A DNA stretch of 64,000 bases. Origin: Octopus sinensis. Taxonomy: Eukaryota. The translations under genes and the position numbers were made by a program. The number at the start of each line of letters is the position of its first letter. The first letter of the stretch is position 1. Of this stretch, positions 24,233 through 36,579 are shown one piece after another. Under the pieces are notes generated by a model, which was given only the letters and a program-made list of their open reading frames with translations, was not told the DNA's origin and searched no databases. The stretch is from positions 49,600,001 through 49,664,000 of the forward strand of contig NC_043002.1 of assembly GCF_006345805.1 (NCBI RefSeq), in the 5' to 3' direction.

Positions 24233-24620
24233 CGCGAGCTGGCAGAAACGTTAAGCACGTCGGTCGAAATGCTAAGCGGTATTTCGTTCTGAGTTCAAAT
24301 TCCTCCGAGGTCGACTCTGCCTTTCATCTTTTCAGGGTCGATAAATTAAGTACCAGTTACGCACTGGGGTCCTTCTAATCGACTTAATCCGTTTGTCTGT
24401 CCTTGTTTGCCCTCTCTGTGTTTAGCCCCTTGTGGGTAGTAAAGAAATAGGTATTTCGTCTGCCGCTACGTTCTGAGTTCAAATTCCGCTGAGGTCGACT
24501 TTGCCTTTCATCCTTTCGGGGTCGATAAATTAAGTATCAATTGCATACTGAGGTCGATCTAATCGACTAGCCCACTCACCCAAAATTTCGGACCTTGTAA
24601 CGAGAATAGAAAAGAATATT
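24233..24620 (+). mobile_element. Dimeric family B SINE
   Basis: Monomer, then linker ttaatccgtttgtctgtccttgtttg...ccccttgtgggtagtaaagaaatagg, then a second headless monomer. Same layout at 61717-62125. Confidence 0.85.
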
Positions 24621-24639
24621 CTTCAGATTTTGAATAGAA

Positions 24640-25030
24640 GGCGCAGGAGTGGATGTGTGATAAGTAGCTTGCTTACCAACCACATGGTTCCGGGTTCAGT
24701 CCCACTGCATGGCACCTTGGGCAAGTGTCTTCTACTATAGCCTCAGACCGACCAAAGCCCTGTGAGTGGATTTGGTAGACGGAAATTGAAAGAAGCCCGT
24801 TGTATATATGTATATGTGTGTGTGAGTCTGTTTGTATCCCCCCTCCCCAACATCGCCTGACAATCGATGCTGGTGTGTTTACGTCCCCGTAACTTAGCGG
24901 TTCGGCAAAAAGAGACCGATTGAATAAGTACTACGCTTACAAAGAATAAGTCCTGGGGTCGATTTGCTCGACTAAAGGCGGTGCTCCAGCATGGCCGCAA
25001 TCAAATGACTGAAACAAGTAAAAGAGTAAA
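24640..25030 (+). mobile_element. SINE family A, full length
   Basis: ggcgcaggagtgg...gcatggccgcaatcaaatgactgaaacaagtaaaagag. Confidence 0.9.
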
Positions 25031-25832
25031 ATGAGAGAGAAATAAAAAATCTCATTTTTGTTTTTGAGGGCTTGTTTTTAAAAGTGACCCATAAGAGAGC
25101 TACAGTTAAGGAACAGTTGTTATTTGATCCCTGGTTAGTTCTGATTGAGTAGGGCAGAACTTATAGTTAAAGGCATTCCATCAGTTTTTATATTTTATAT
25201 GTATTAATTTTTGTATATCTATGACTGTATATATTTCAACGTGTCCTATTCTTTTTAAAGAACAGAGGTGAGTAGAGAGAGAGCGAGAGAGATTTGGTTG
25301 TTATTTCTTATAGGCCGAACTACAACCTCGTTGGCTTGTAAGTCCGGAGAATGAATTAAGAGGATTAACAATCCATATTTCCAATGATATATCGAGTAGA
25401 CTGTGCTTAAGGCGGCAAAGGACTAGATGGCAACCACCCACGCAGGTCATGGCCTGAGATTTGAACTCAGAATGCAATGACTCGGAACAAATACCGCAAG
25501 ACAGTCCATCTAACATTGTGAGAAGATTTCCGCCAGTCCTGACGTTAGTGTGATCTGAACTCAGATGGGAGGGCACCATAAATAACGTGATAGGTATAGG
25601 CATTTCATCTGACACAGTGGTTCACAGCCATTTTTTGTCTTTGAATCTGATTTTAATCTGTAGGACCTTCATAGCTTTTGAATGTAAATATATATGTATA
25701 AGGAAAAAAACCCCATTCTTCTGTATTTTTATAATTGAATAATTATAGGAATTGTAATAAAAAAAATTAAAACATGTGTATTGTTGAAGTATAAACTATG
25801 TATTGCACGTGCTAAGAAGCCCGTCGTGTATG

Positions 25833-25880
<48 letters not shown>

Positions 25881-25892
25881 TATATATTATTG

Positions 25893-25923
<31 letters not shown>

Positions 25924-27319
25924 TTGTGTGTGTGTGTGTGTCGTATTTCGTCTGTCGTTACGTTCTGAGTTCAAATTCCGCCGAGGTCGACTTTGCCTTT
26001 CATCCTTTCGGGGTCGATAAATAAAGTACCAGTTTCACACTGGGGTCGATGTAATCGACTTAATCTCTTTGTCTGTCCTTGTTTGTCTCCTCTATGTTTA
26101 GCTCCTTCTGGGCAATAACGAAATATATATGTGTGTGTATTTGTCCCACAACCACCGCTTGTCAACCGATGTTGGTGTGTTTACGTTCCCGTAACTTAGC
26201 GGTTCGGTAAAACAAAGACCTATAGAATAAGTACCAAACTTTAAAAGAAAATTAATACTGGTGTCGATTAGTTCGACTAAAATTCCTCAAGGCAGTGCAC
26301 CAGCATGGCCGCAGTCTAATGACTGAAAGAAGATTTAAAAAATAGTTTTTAAAGATATGGACCCCACTCCTCCACACACAAGGGCCATATGGGGCCCCGG
26401 TTGTGAACCGCTAGTCTGACGTTCCGACGTCTCAACTAATCCGCTTGCCTGTTAAAGAAGGTCGAAACACACTCAGGTGTACACAATATACAGACATGCG
26501 TACACGAAACAGAATCTCACACACACACGTACAAAGATACCTACGTACATACACTCGTACAGATTTCTACAAACATCCACTCACACGCAGAGACACAAAC
26601 ACACGCGCGCGTACACCTAAGACTTGTGACACAGAAGAATGTTGACGAGACACCTGTTTGTCTAGACATGGGACACAGAACGTACTACATCCCTTCCTCT
26701 TTCTCTCTCTCTCTGTCTCTTTCGTTACACACTGTGTTAAAGTGGTCAGCGTAAATGTCACTGACCTCACGGGTCATTGAGAGCATGAGAAGGAGAGAAT
26801 AAAAAAAAAAAAAAAAAAGACAGCGATGGGGGTACGGTGTAGTGAAAGTGAAATAAAAGTGACATATACTAAGAGTTTGTAAATAGAGGAGGAGAAAGAA
26901 AGAGAGAATGAGGGTTTGAGCAGAAAAGACAAGTGTGCGTGTGTAGGAGACAGAGAGCTGGTCCGTTACTGCTGAGTGCGATCAATAAGTTCAGTAATAA
27001 TCTACACATACAAACACCAACACACACACACACACACACATGCAGATGAACAAACGAAGGAGATTCCTCGTACTCGCTTGACCTGCTAGAAAGAGCAGCC
27101 TAATATTACTCAAACTACATTTTGTAATCTTAAAAAAAAAAAAAAAAAAAACAGAGAGAGAAACAGATAGAGAAAGAAATTGAAAATATAATAAAGTACA
27201 ATACTGATTTTCCAGAGCCTTAGGGCCCAAAGCTTTTCTGATGTCCTGATTTTCCGAAACAGAGGTTTTCACCTTGGTCAACAAATCTTTTAGCTTTAAT
27301 TTGTGTCTCTCATTGAACT

Positions 27320-28250
27320 GTGGCCAAGCTGGGGCACCGCCTTCAAGGATTTCAGTTAAACGAATTGACTAGTGCATTTTTATTTTTATTTTTTCAAATC
27401 TGAAGCAATTATTATAACGATCGTGTTTGGTGAACCACTAAGTTATCGAGATTTAAAACACAGCAATACCGGTTGTCAAGCGGTGGGGATAAATACACAT
27501 ACACACTGTGGCTGTGTGGTAAAAGGCTTGCTTCCTAATCACATGGTTCCGGGTTCAGCCCCACTGCGTGGCACCTTGGGCAAGTGTCTTCTACTATAGA
27601 CTCGGGCCGACCAAAGCCTTGTGAATGCATTTGGTAGATGGAAACTGAACCCCGTTGTATATATGAATATATGTGTCTGTCTGTATCTGTGTTTGTCCTC
27701 CACCACCGATTAACAACTAGTGTTGGTGTGTTTACGTCCCCGTAACTTAGCGGTTCCGCAAAAGAAACTGATATGCTTTTTTAAAAAAGCCCTGCGGTCG
27801 ATTTGTTCCACTAAAACTCTTCAAGGTGGTGCTCCAGCATAGCTGCAGTCAAATGACTGAAACAAGTAAAAAATATAACGCGCTTCTTTCGGTTTCCTTC
27901 TATCAAACTCATTCATAAAGCTCTGTTCGACCCAAGGCTTATAGTAGAAGACACTTGGCCAAGGTACCACGCAGTGGGAATGAACCAGGAACTATGTGGA
28001 GAAGCAAAGTTACTAGGTACCTGTTAATTAGAATAAATGGTAAAATCTTGTTTAATACTGTACAATGCAAAATACTAACTAGTCTGTGTAAGATATCAGT
28101 AAACTAGTCTGGCGGTCGCGGTACTTCCAAACGCATGGTGTCTGGTTCAGTCCCACTGTGTGGTACCTTAGGTAAATGTCTTCTACTATAGTCCCGAGCC
28201 GACCAAAGCTTTGTGAATAGATTTGATAGACGGAACTGAAAGAAGTCCGT

Positions 28251-28320
<70 letters not shown>

Positions 28321-29095
28321 TAGGTCCTGGTAGGGCATTTCCAGAGAGGTACTCAACCTGAATTCTGGGCTATCAACAATACTGTCGGCTTCCAGACTAA
28401 TACCGAATTTCATCAAGTGTAGGAAATCCTGGTTTCATCTGTGTGTTTGTATTTGTATTTGCGTCTGACATCTACCGCTTGACAACCGGTGTTGGTTTGT
28501 TAATGTCCCTGTAAGCCAGTGGTTCAGCATAAAGAGGCCGATAGACTAAGTGCTGGACTTCGAAAAAATTTTTTTAAATGATAATTACTGGAGTCGATTT
28601 GTTTAGCTAAAACCTTTCAAGGCGGTGCCCCAGCATGACCACAGTCAAATGACTGAAACAAGCAAAAAAAAATGATATGACGCTAACATAGGCGTAGGAG
28701 TGACCGTGTGGTAAGTAGCTTGCTTACCAACCACATGGTTCCGGGTTCAGTCCCACTGCGTGGCATCTTGGGCAAGTGTCTTCTGCTATAGCCCCGGGCC
28801 GACCAATGCCTTGTGAGTGGATTTGGTAGACGGAAACTGAAAGAAGCCTGTCGTATATATGTATATATATATTTATGTATGTGTATATGTTTGTGTGTCT
28901 GCGTTTGTTCCCCTAGATTTGCTTGACAACCGATGCTGGTGAGCTTATGTCCCCGTCACTTAGCGTTTCGGCAAAAGAGACCGATAGAATAAGTACTGGG
29001 CTTACAAAGAATAAGTCCTGGGGTCGATTTGCTCGACTAAAGGCGGTGCTCCAGCATGGCCGCAGTCAAATGACTGAAACAAGTAAAAGAGTAAA
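27320..29095. mobile_element. Cluster of at least five family A SINEs in mixed orientation
   Basis: Minus tail 27320-27490; plus 27505-27870; minus 27880-28010; plus 28110-28670; plus full copy 28690-29095. Confidence 0.85.
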
Positions 29096-29329
29096 GACAA
29101 ACTCGCGCATTCGATTTACCCGTAGCCCTTCTCATCCTCCAACGCACCACTGGTATTGATTTTTGTTCACTCTGAAAAGATTTAGGAGAGAGCAGAATGA
29201 ATCCCGTGTGGATTTGAACTCAGAACATGTTTGTATGGTTTTAAGCTCGGTTACTTTCGACTCCCATCAACTCTGCACCCCACACATTCCGGTGGCAACA
29301 TTAATGTTAGTTTAATTCCATATCACGCA

Positions 29330-29372
<43 letters not shown>

Positions 29373-31084
29373 TGTGTGTATGTATATATGTGTGTATGCG
29401 TCTACGTTTGTGTAAGTGTGTACGTGCGTGAGTTAGTGAATGTCGATGGCTAACGAGAGAGAGAAGCAAAGGAGAGAGAGGGTGGGAAAGAAGAAACATA
29501 TGGTATAGATCAGAAACTCGAACTAGTTGCAATGGAACATATTGTGGGCAGCAGGAGGAGAAAGATGAGGATGAAGATGACGGCTGTGATGGAGGGAGAA
29601 GGAATGCGTATGTGCGTGCATGTGTGTTAAAGGCGAGAAAGGGTTAAATTTCTGTGATAACTCACTAACTAGTTCTGTCATAGCTCTTATTCCACCTCGA
29701 CCTACACCCTTCCACCGCAGAACAGCCAGTGGTATATAGCTTGCACGGTGGTGGTGGTGGTGGTGGTGGTGGGTTTGAAGGCCAGTGGTGAAGAAATAAG
29801 CCAAACCATTATGAGGCAGCAACAGCAGTGTTAGTAATAGTAGTAGTAGTAGTTTCGATAAGGAAATCGAAAGGGACGAACAACGAAGCCAGCGGTGTTG
29901 CAGTCCTGATAATAAGGCTAAAGCATGTATATCTATATCTGTTCTCATTTATGTGTGAGCATGTGTGTAGTTATCATAAAAGAAAACGAAACAACCAGCC
30001 AGCCAGGCAGCCAGCCAGCCAACCAACCAACAACCAACCAACCAACCAACCACAAATGCGCGCGCGCAAATAAATGCTTCGGATTCGATTCAATAAGAAC
30101 TTCTGGTTCGCTGAGTGGATGGATCTATTTGCCCGGTTTTATGACTGGATTTATCTGTCGGTGTTATGTCGATCTATATATAGACCCCCTATCTATGTAT
30201 AAATGTGGTCTTGTCTAATGTATTGGTCTCTATTTCTTGAAAGCAGATTCTCAATAAAATTCGTGTCGAATCATTTGGATGATATTGTCCTATGTCCTTA
30301 AACAAACACTTCCTGCCTCACTCTAGCAAGCTGTAAATGAGCGTTGTAACTATGTACAGTACACTGGCAAGAGCAGTTAGAGAACAACATAACTTGCAAT
30401 GCTAAATTCAAATTTTACTTTGAATCGACATTGCTTCACTAGGCTTATTTGCCAACCCATCACCCCTGTACAACCCGCAGACTGTTCAATGGGTTACGCG
30501 GTTTACCTGAACTAACTGATAGAACAGTTTCTGATAATCTTCCATGACAGTCATCCATTCAAAACCATAGTTAAACCAACACACACACACATATGTACAC
30601 AGGCGCGCGCACATATACACCAGAGTGACTAAGATACAAAGTGAGAAAGATAGTAGACCCGAACGGCTATACCTATCAGTTCGTGTGGGAATGTTCAAAA
30701 TATCTCGTTTCGGATCTTTTCTCTTCATCTAAAATGCGAAGTAGGCTTGCTTACAGCCAAAACAACAAGACCATGTCTCTGTTCCCCACGTTCTGACGAA
30801 AGACGAAGATGCGAAACTTTGAATTCTACGTCACGGCTCTTGAAGTTCTCCAGTTCTTCAATAAACACTTATTTTATGGACACATATCACCATTTTTCTG
30901 AGATTCCGGGTTTTTAGCCTATCGTAGGCAGCTGAGTGAAAGAGACATCTAGTTTTGTTCAACTATGCTGTGGTTTGTTAAGGTGGTTGAAACTTCTCAC
31001 TTTTATTATCTTCACATTTTGTACACACAAACGGAGAAAATATGCGTTCAGCGAAAGTCTAAAAGGAATATATAACACTACGAT

Positions 31085-32460
31085 AGTGCTGTAGCTTATA
31101 ATAATCCTTTCTATTATAAGTACAAGGCCTGAAGTTGGAGGTAGGGGGTAGTCGATTTCATCAACCCCAGTTCTTGACTAGTATTAAATTTATCGACTCC
31201 GAAGAGATGAAAGGCGAAATCGACCTCGGCGGAATTTGAATTCAAAATGTTAAGACGGACGAAATGAAGCTGAGTATTTTATCTGGTGTCCCAACGATTC
31301 TGCCAGTTCGCCGCCTTAATAATAATGGTTTCAAATATTGCCACAAAGGCAGCAATTTTGTGGGAGGGGATGAGTCGATTACATCGATCCCAGTGTTCAA
31401 CTGGTACTTATTTTATCGACCCCGAAAGGGTGTAAGGCAAACTCGACTCCGGTGGCATTTGAACACAGAACGTAATGTACCGGGTGGGAACAAACCAAAA
31501 TTGAACTCTTATGACAACTGTTTTATACGTTTCAGTTCAAAGGCTTTGGCCATGCTGGGACACCACCTGTAAAAGATTCGAATCACAGCTAAGTATTTGT
31601 CCAGTCTTCTATTTTTTTTTATCTTATGTGTTTCAGCCTGCGGCTGGCGTTTCGCCTTGAATGGTTTTAGTTGGCAATCTGGCAAAATCGTTAGCCAGCA
31701 AAATGCTTAGCGGCATTTCATCCGTCTTTACGTTCTGAGTTCAAATTCCACCAAGGTCGACCTTGTTTTCCATCTCCTTTGGAGTCAATGAATTAAGTGA
31801 TCGACTGTCCCCTTCCCCACAAAATCCAGGCCGTGTGCTTTATAGTAGAAAGGATTATTATTATTATTCTGCCGAGTTCGACTTTGCCTTTTCATCATTT
31901 CAGGGTCGATAAATTAAGTACCAGTGAAACACTAGGGTCGATATAATCGACTAGTCCCCTCCCTGCAAATTTCAGACCCTGTGCCTTCAGCAGAAAGGAT
32001 GATTACTACTACTACTATTTGTATTACGGCGGGGACAAAATGCTTACGATATTTCGTCCGTCTTTACGTCCTGAGTTCAAATTCAGCCGAGGTCGACTTT
32101 GCCTTTCTTCCTTTCGGGGTCCATAAAATAAGTACCAGCTGAGTACTGGAGTCGATGTAATCGACTAGTCCCCTCCCTTAAAATTTCAGGCTTTTTTCCT
32201 TTGGTAGAAAGGATTATTATTATTAGTAGTAGTATTTGTATTACGGCGGCGAGCTGGCAGAACCGTTAACGCACCGGGGAAAATGCTTACGGTATTTCGT
32301 CTGTCTTTACGTTTTGAGTTCAAATTCCGCCGAGGTCGACTTTGCTTTTCATCCTTTGGCAGTCATTGAAATAAATACCAGTTATGCACTTGTGTCGATG
32401 CAATCGACTAGTCCCCTTCCCCAAAATTTCAGGCCTTGTGCCTTTAAAAGAAAGGATTAA
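31085..32460. mobile_element. Family B SINE cluster, minus copies (31085-31470) followed by plus copies (31675-32460)
   Basis: Multiple gtcgactttgcc...tcatcctt / aaggcgaaatcgacctcggcggaatttgaa motifs joined by (att)n. Confidence 0.85.
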
Positions 32461-33009
32461 TTCATAGCTCAACATACAGGTAGGTTTTCGTTTATGGCAT
32501 GAGGAAGGTGGGTAAGAAGTGATGAAAACTAAAAGCAATAACAGAGAGGTTAAAAAGGATGAGGAAGTTGCTAGGAAGTATAAAAAAGAATAATAATAAA
32601 AAAGAGGAAGAGTGATAGGTTGATACGGGTATGTGTACGAATACAGAGCGGGGTGGCGGAGACAAGAAATATGTGGTAGAGGAGTTGGATTGAAGTTGTA
32701 ACCAAACATGTTATGTTATCTGAGTTGGGATGGGATTGGACGGGTGTAAACCAGTAAGTTTGAGAACAAACCAGATAGAGATGATACGTCGGTCGATAGA
32801 TTGGGTTCTAATTAGTCTGCCTGGTGGTAAGGGTGGTGGGCGTGAGAAGTGAGGCAGCTGCTGACGGTGTTGGTGACGGTGGAGTAATGGTGGTGGTGGT
32901 AGTAGTGAATGAGAAAGGGGGTGTTGTGATAGGAGAGTGGTTCTAAACAATCTTGTATGGCGCGCATGTGTATGTATATATGTGCATATATTTTTTGCAT
33001 ATATTTATA

Positions 33010-33198
33010 TATCTTTTACTTGTTTCAGTCATTGGACTGCGGTCATGCTGGGGCATCGCCTTGAAGAATTATTAGTCGAATGACTCGACCCCAGTGGTTG
33101 ATTTTTTTTTTTGCTAAACCTGGTTTTCATTTTATCGGCTTCTTTTACCAAACTGCTAAGCACAGCAACCCCGATTGTCAGACGGTGGTGGGGGACAA

Positions 33199-33231
<33 letters not shown>

Positions 33232-33385
33232 CACACACGACGGGCTCCTTTCAGTTTCCGTCTACCAAATCCACTCACAAGGATTTGGTCGCCCCGAGGC
33301 TATAGTAGAAGACACTTGCCCAGGGTGCCATGCAGTGGGACTGAGCCCGGAACTATGTGGTTAGGCAGTAAGCTTCTTACTACAC
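33010..33385 (-). mobile_element. SINE family A, full length
   Basis: tcttttacttgtttcagtc...(ca)n...ttccgtctaccaaatccactcac...gcttcttactacac. Confidence 0.9.
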
Positions 33386-33704
33386 ATGCAAACATAAAAA
33401 CCTTTATGTATAGATGTACCCGATGAGACCCAGACTGCAAAACTGATGCAACACAACAGGTTGAAAGGTGACCCACCCATATGAGACAATAGCAGGAAGG
33501 GTCGAAGCGACCGTTGTACAAAATTATGGTTAATACCAAATACGTCTTCTCGTTACTGACGCAATTATTATTATCATCTCAACTAACACTGCGGAATTCC
33601 TGAAGTAAGTCCAACGGAAACACTCCTTCTGTGGATGACACCAGGCAGTCCAAACTGTGCCAGTACTCTATTCAACATATACTCATTAATTCTATATATA
33701 TATA

Positions 33705-34310
33705 TGTAGGTAGTGGGTAGCGATTTTCTTCACTACTTCAGGGAGAGGACCCTGCCTGACACGAGTCCCGGGCTCAGCTGGCTCCGGCTGACAGTACCCG
33801 GTATGGACCCCTATCCAGGGTTACGGAAAGGAGACAAACCTTTAAAGAAATCCGGAGTGAAGCCCCGATGGCGGTTTAGTATTTGACTCGACACTCTTCT
33901 GGCAGCTCATGCAACCAAGCTGGTGCCAAACGTAATGCTCTGCACTCCTTTGGACTACGTCAGCAAGGTCGATAGAGGAATCCTGGCGATTGGGCTACCC
34001 AGGATTTTCTTATTTCTAGCCCAGGCTTGCGCAAAACTGGAGAGGACACTTCAGTGTTGTTGTAAAAAGTGGTAGAAAAAACACGAGAGGTAGCAGTCAC
34101 GAGTGATAAGACCATTCTGATTGGCGTAAGATATGGGCGCTACGGGTTACTTCTGACGGTGGGAGGGAGCCCCGTGTCCCATTGGTTAGCTACTGCCCAA
34201 CTCAAGCTGGGCAGCCCCCGGTTAATAATGTGCTGATCCGCCACAGGCCGCCTGCTTCATTGGGTGATAGGACTACACAGCCACAGCAGGAGATGTATTA
34301 GGACATGAAA
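33705..34310 (+). mobile_element. GC-rich 5' region of an RTE-clade LINE (5'UTR-like)
   Basis: GC/CpG-rich block with ggagacaaacctttaaagaaatccggagt, caagctggtgccaaac and gctgggcagccccc motifs that I recall from RTE 5' ends. No ORF. Confidence 0.4.
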
Positions 34311-34845
34311 TGTAAAAGCCGAACTAGATTATTTTATGTGCAACTCCATTGTCTCCCGAGACAAAAAAGGATGCCAATAGAAAACATAATATTTCTATTT
34401 TATTAGAACAGTGACTGTGTGTCACTTTGGAAACTATATTCGAACAGTGAATTCAGCAACGCCACCTAGCCGAGCAGCTATTCTGCGTTAATAAAGAGCA
34501 ATAACCCAGGAGTCGGTCCACATGTTGTTTTGCACTAGATGGGAGTGTTGAACTCCCTGATCGAAAATATAAGGACACAGATATTGTATCGTATAGCCGG
34601 CTGGAAACGATGTTTCGTGGGACTAAACAACAGTAACATCGTCCCTTTCAGGACAGCCACATCATATTGGCAAATAGCCTGGGCTTGGACAAAATAATGG
34701 AAACACCTAGCATCATAATTTTGAAATCTATGAAACCGTCAAAAACTTGTTTATTTTTGTCTTGTGTTCCTTAATATGTTTTGCTAAAATTGCTGGGGTT
34801 TTTTTTTCAGATATCATCAGAAAAAGGTTATTAAATTTCATTAAA

Positions 34846-35058
34846 ATGACAGATCTATCGAACTTTCAAAGAGGTCAAATTGTTGGTGCTCATATGGCAG
34901 GCGCTAGCGTAGCGTAAATAGCCGAAATGTTTGGTGTATCAAGAAGTACTGTCTCGAAAGTAATGACAACCTTTGAGAAAGAGGGAAAAACCTCCTCGTC
35001 GAAACAAACTTCCGGAAGAAAACCAAAACTTTCAGATAGGAACCGTCGGACTCTTACG
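34846..35058 (+). pseudogene. Tc1/mariner transposase N-terminal paired-like HTH remnant
   Basis: MTDLSNFQRGQIVGAHMAGASVA*IAEMFGVSRSTVSKVMTTFEKEGKTSSSKQTSGRKPKLSDRNRRTLT*: Tc1 HTH plus GRxxK motif, with in-frame stops. Confidence 0.85.
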
Positions 35059-35067
35059 TGAATGAAA

Positions 35068-35313
35068 GTGCATGGCCTAGTGTTGAGGGTGTTGCACTTA
35101 CGATCGCAAGAGCGTGGTTTCGATTCCTGCATCGGGAATCATTTTTATATTAGTCCAGTTCACTCAGTTATAAATGAATAACCTTGTGATGGACTGGTGT
35201 CCCGTGCAGGGAGAATTCTGTGATCTCGGTTACTTACGCTCCATGGAAAGCGAGTGACTGGACCGGTGAGTCGTAGTACGCGTGACAGTAAGGTCCAAAG
35301 GACTTACTTTACT
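35068..35313 (+). mobile_element. tRNA-derived SINE with V-domain-like core
   Basis: gcatggcctagtg...gtttcgattcc...ccttgtgatggactggtgtcccgtgcaggg...acttactttact. It truncates the Tc1 ORF. Confidence 0.6.
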
Positions 35314-36543
35314 GCTTGAGAGTTGTAACGGCGTCCGACGATTGTCTGGAAATGGTCAAAACATGAAACTTCAAGTAACGATATCCTACTCCATATCAGG
35401 ATTAAATTGGAATAGGGTGGATGGGTAAACAAATAGATAAATAGAATAAATGGAAAGATGGGTGGATGGATTGAAAGGATGCATTTTGCCTGCTAAAACA
35501 GATGTTATATATTTTGGTGTGTGTGTGTGTGAACTCTCCTGAGAGGAATCGCAACACTTTAAGAGAGAGCTGCGAAAGAGGGAGAAAGAAAGAGATATCC
35601 GAAACAGTAGAAATAAGAGAAGAAAGGCAAATGCCATTTTCTCTCTCTCCCCCCCCCCCCCCCCCCCCAACACACCGCATCTCATACACACAATCGTTAA
35701 ATGAATAGCATATGGACACACGGACACACACACACACACACACACACACACGTACTTTCAGTCATTTGTTGGTTCAAACGTACACATTTAACATATTCTC
35801 ACTCGTACTTATTTAGAAAACGATGCCACAGACATACATACATACACGCTGTTGTAGACGTTGTACAATATGATACAGTCACAAACATAGAGAGCTTTAT
35901 TATACATACATACATGATCTGTCAATAAATCGGTAACTGGTTTATATCGGCACATACTTTAAGCCAGAAAATGTGTGCGTGCGCGTATTTATATATGTCT
36001 GTACATCTCTCTTCCATACGCACGCGCGCGCACACACCACACACACACACACTCTCTCTCTCTTTCTTACTCCCTCTCTCTCTCTCTCTAAAGACATAGA
36101 GCAAAAATTATGAAAAATATATTAAATGAAAATGTACGTGTGTATATAAAAAAAAAATGTATGTATATAAAAAATAAAAAATTCCCGCAGAGAAAACAAA
36201 CAAGGACCACACCTCGTGGCAGAAAGTTTGAGATTAACAAGGGATATTTAATAAAACCCATTTGGATGGATAAATGGAGGGAAGAGAATGGTAAATAGTG
36301 ACGAGGGAATAACAGAACCATAAGGAGATGCTTACATAAACGTACACACTCACACATATACATACACACACACACACACACATACATAAATATATACATA
36401 CATATATATACATACATACATACATATACATATACATATATACATATACATATATATATTATATATATATATATATATACATACATATATATACATATAC
36501 ATACATATATATACATACATACATACATATACATACATATATA

Positions 36544-36579
<36 letters not shown>

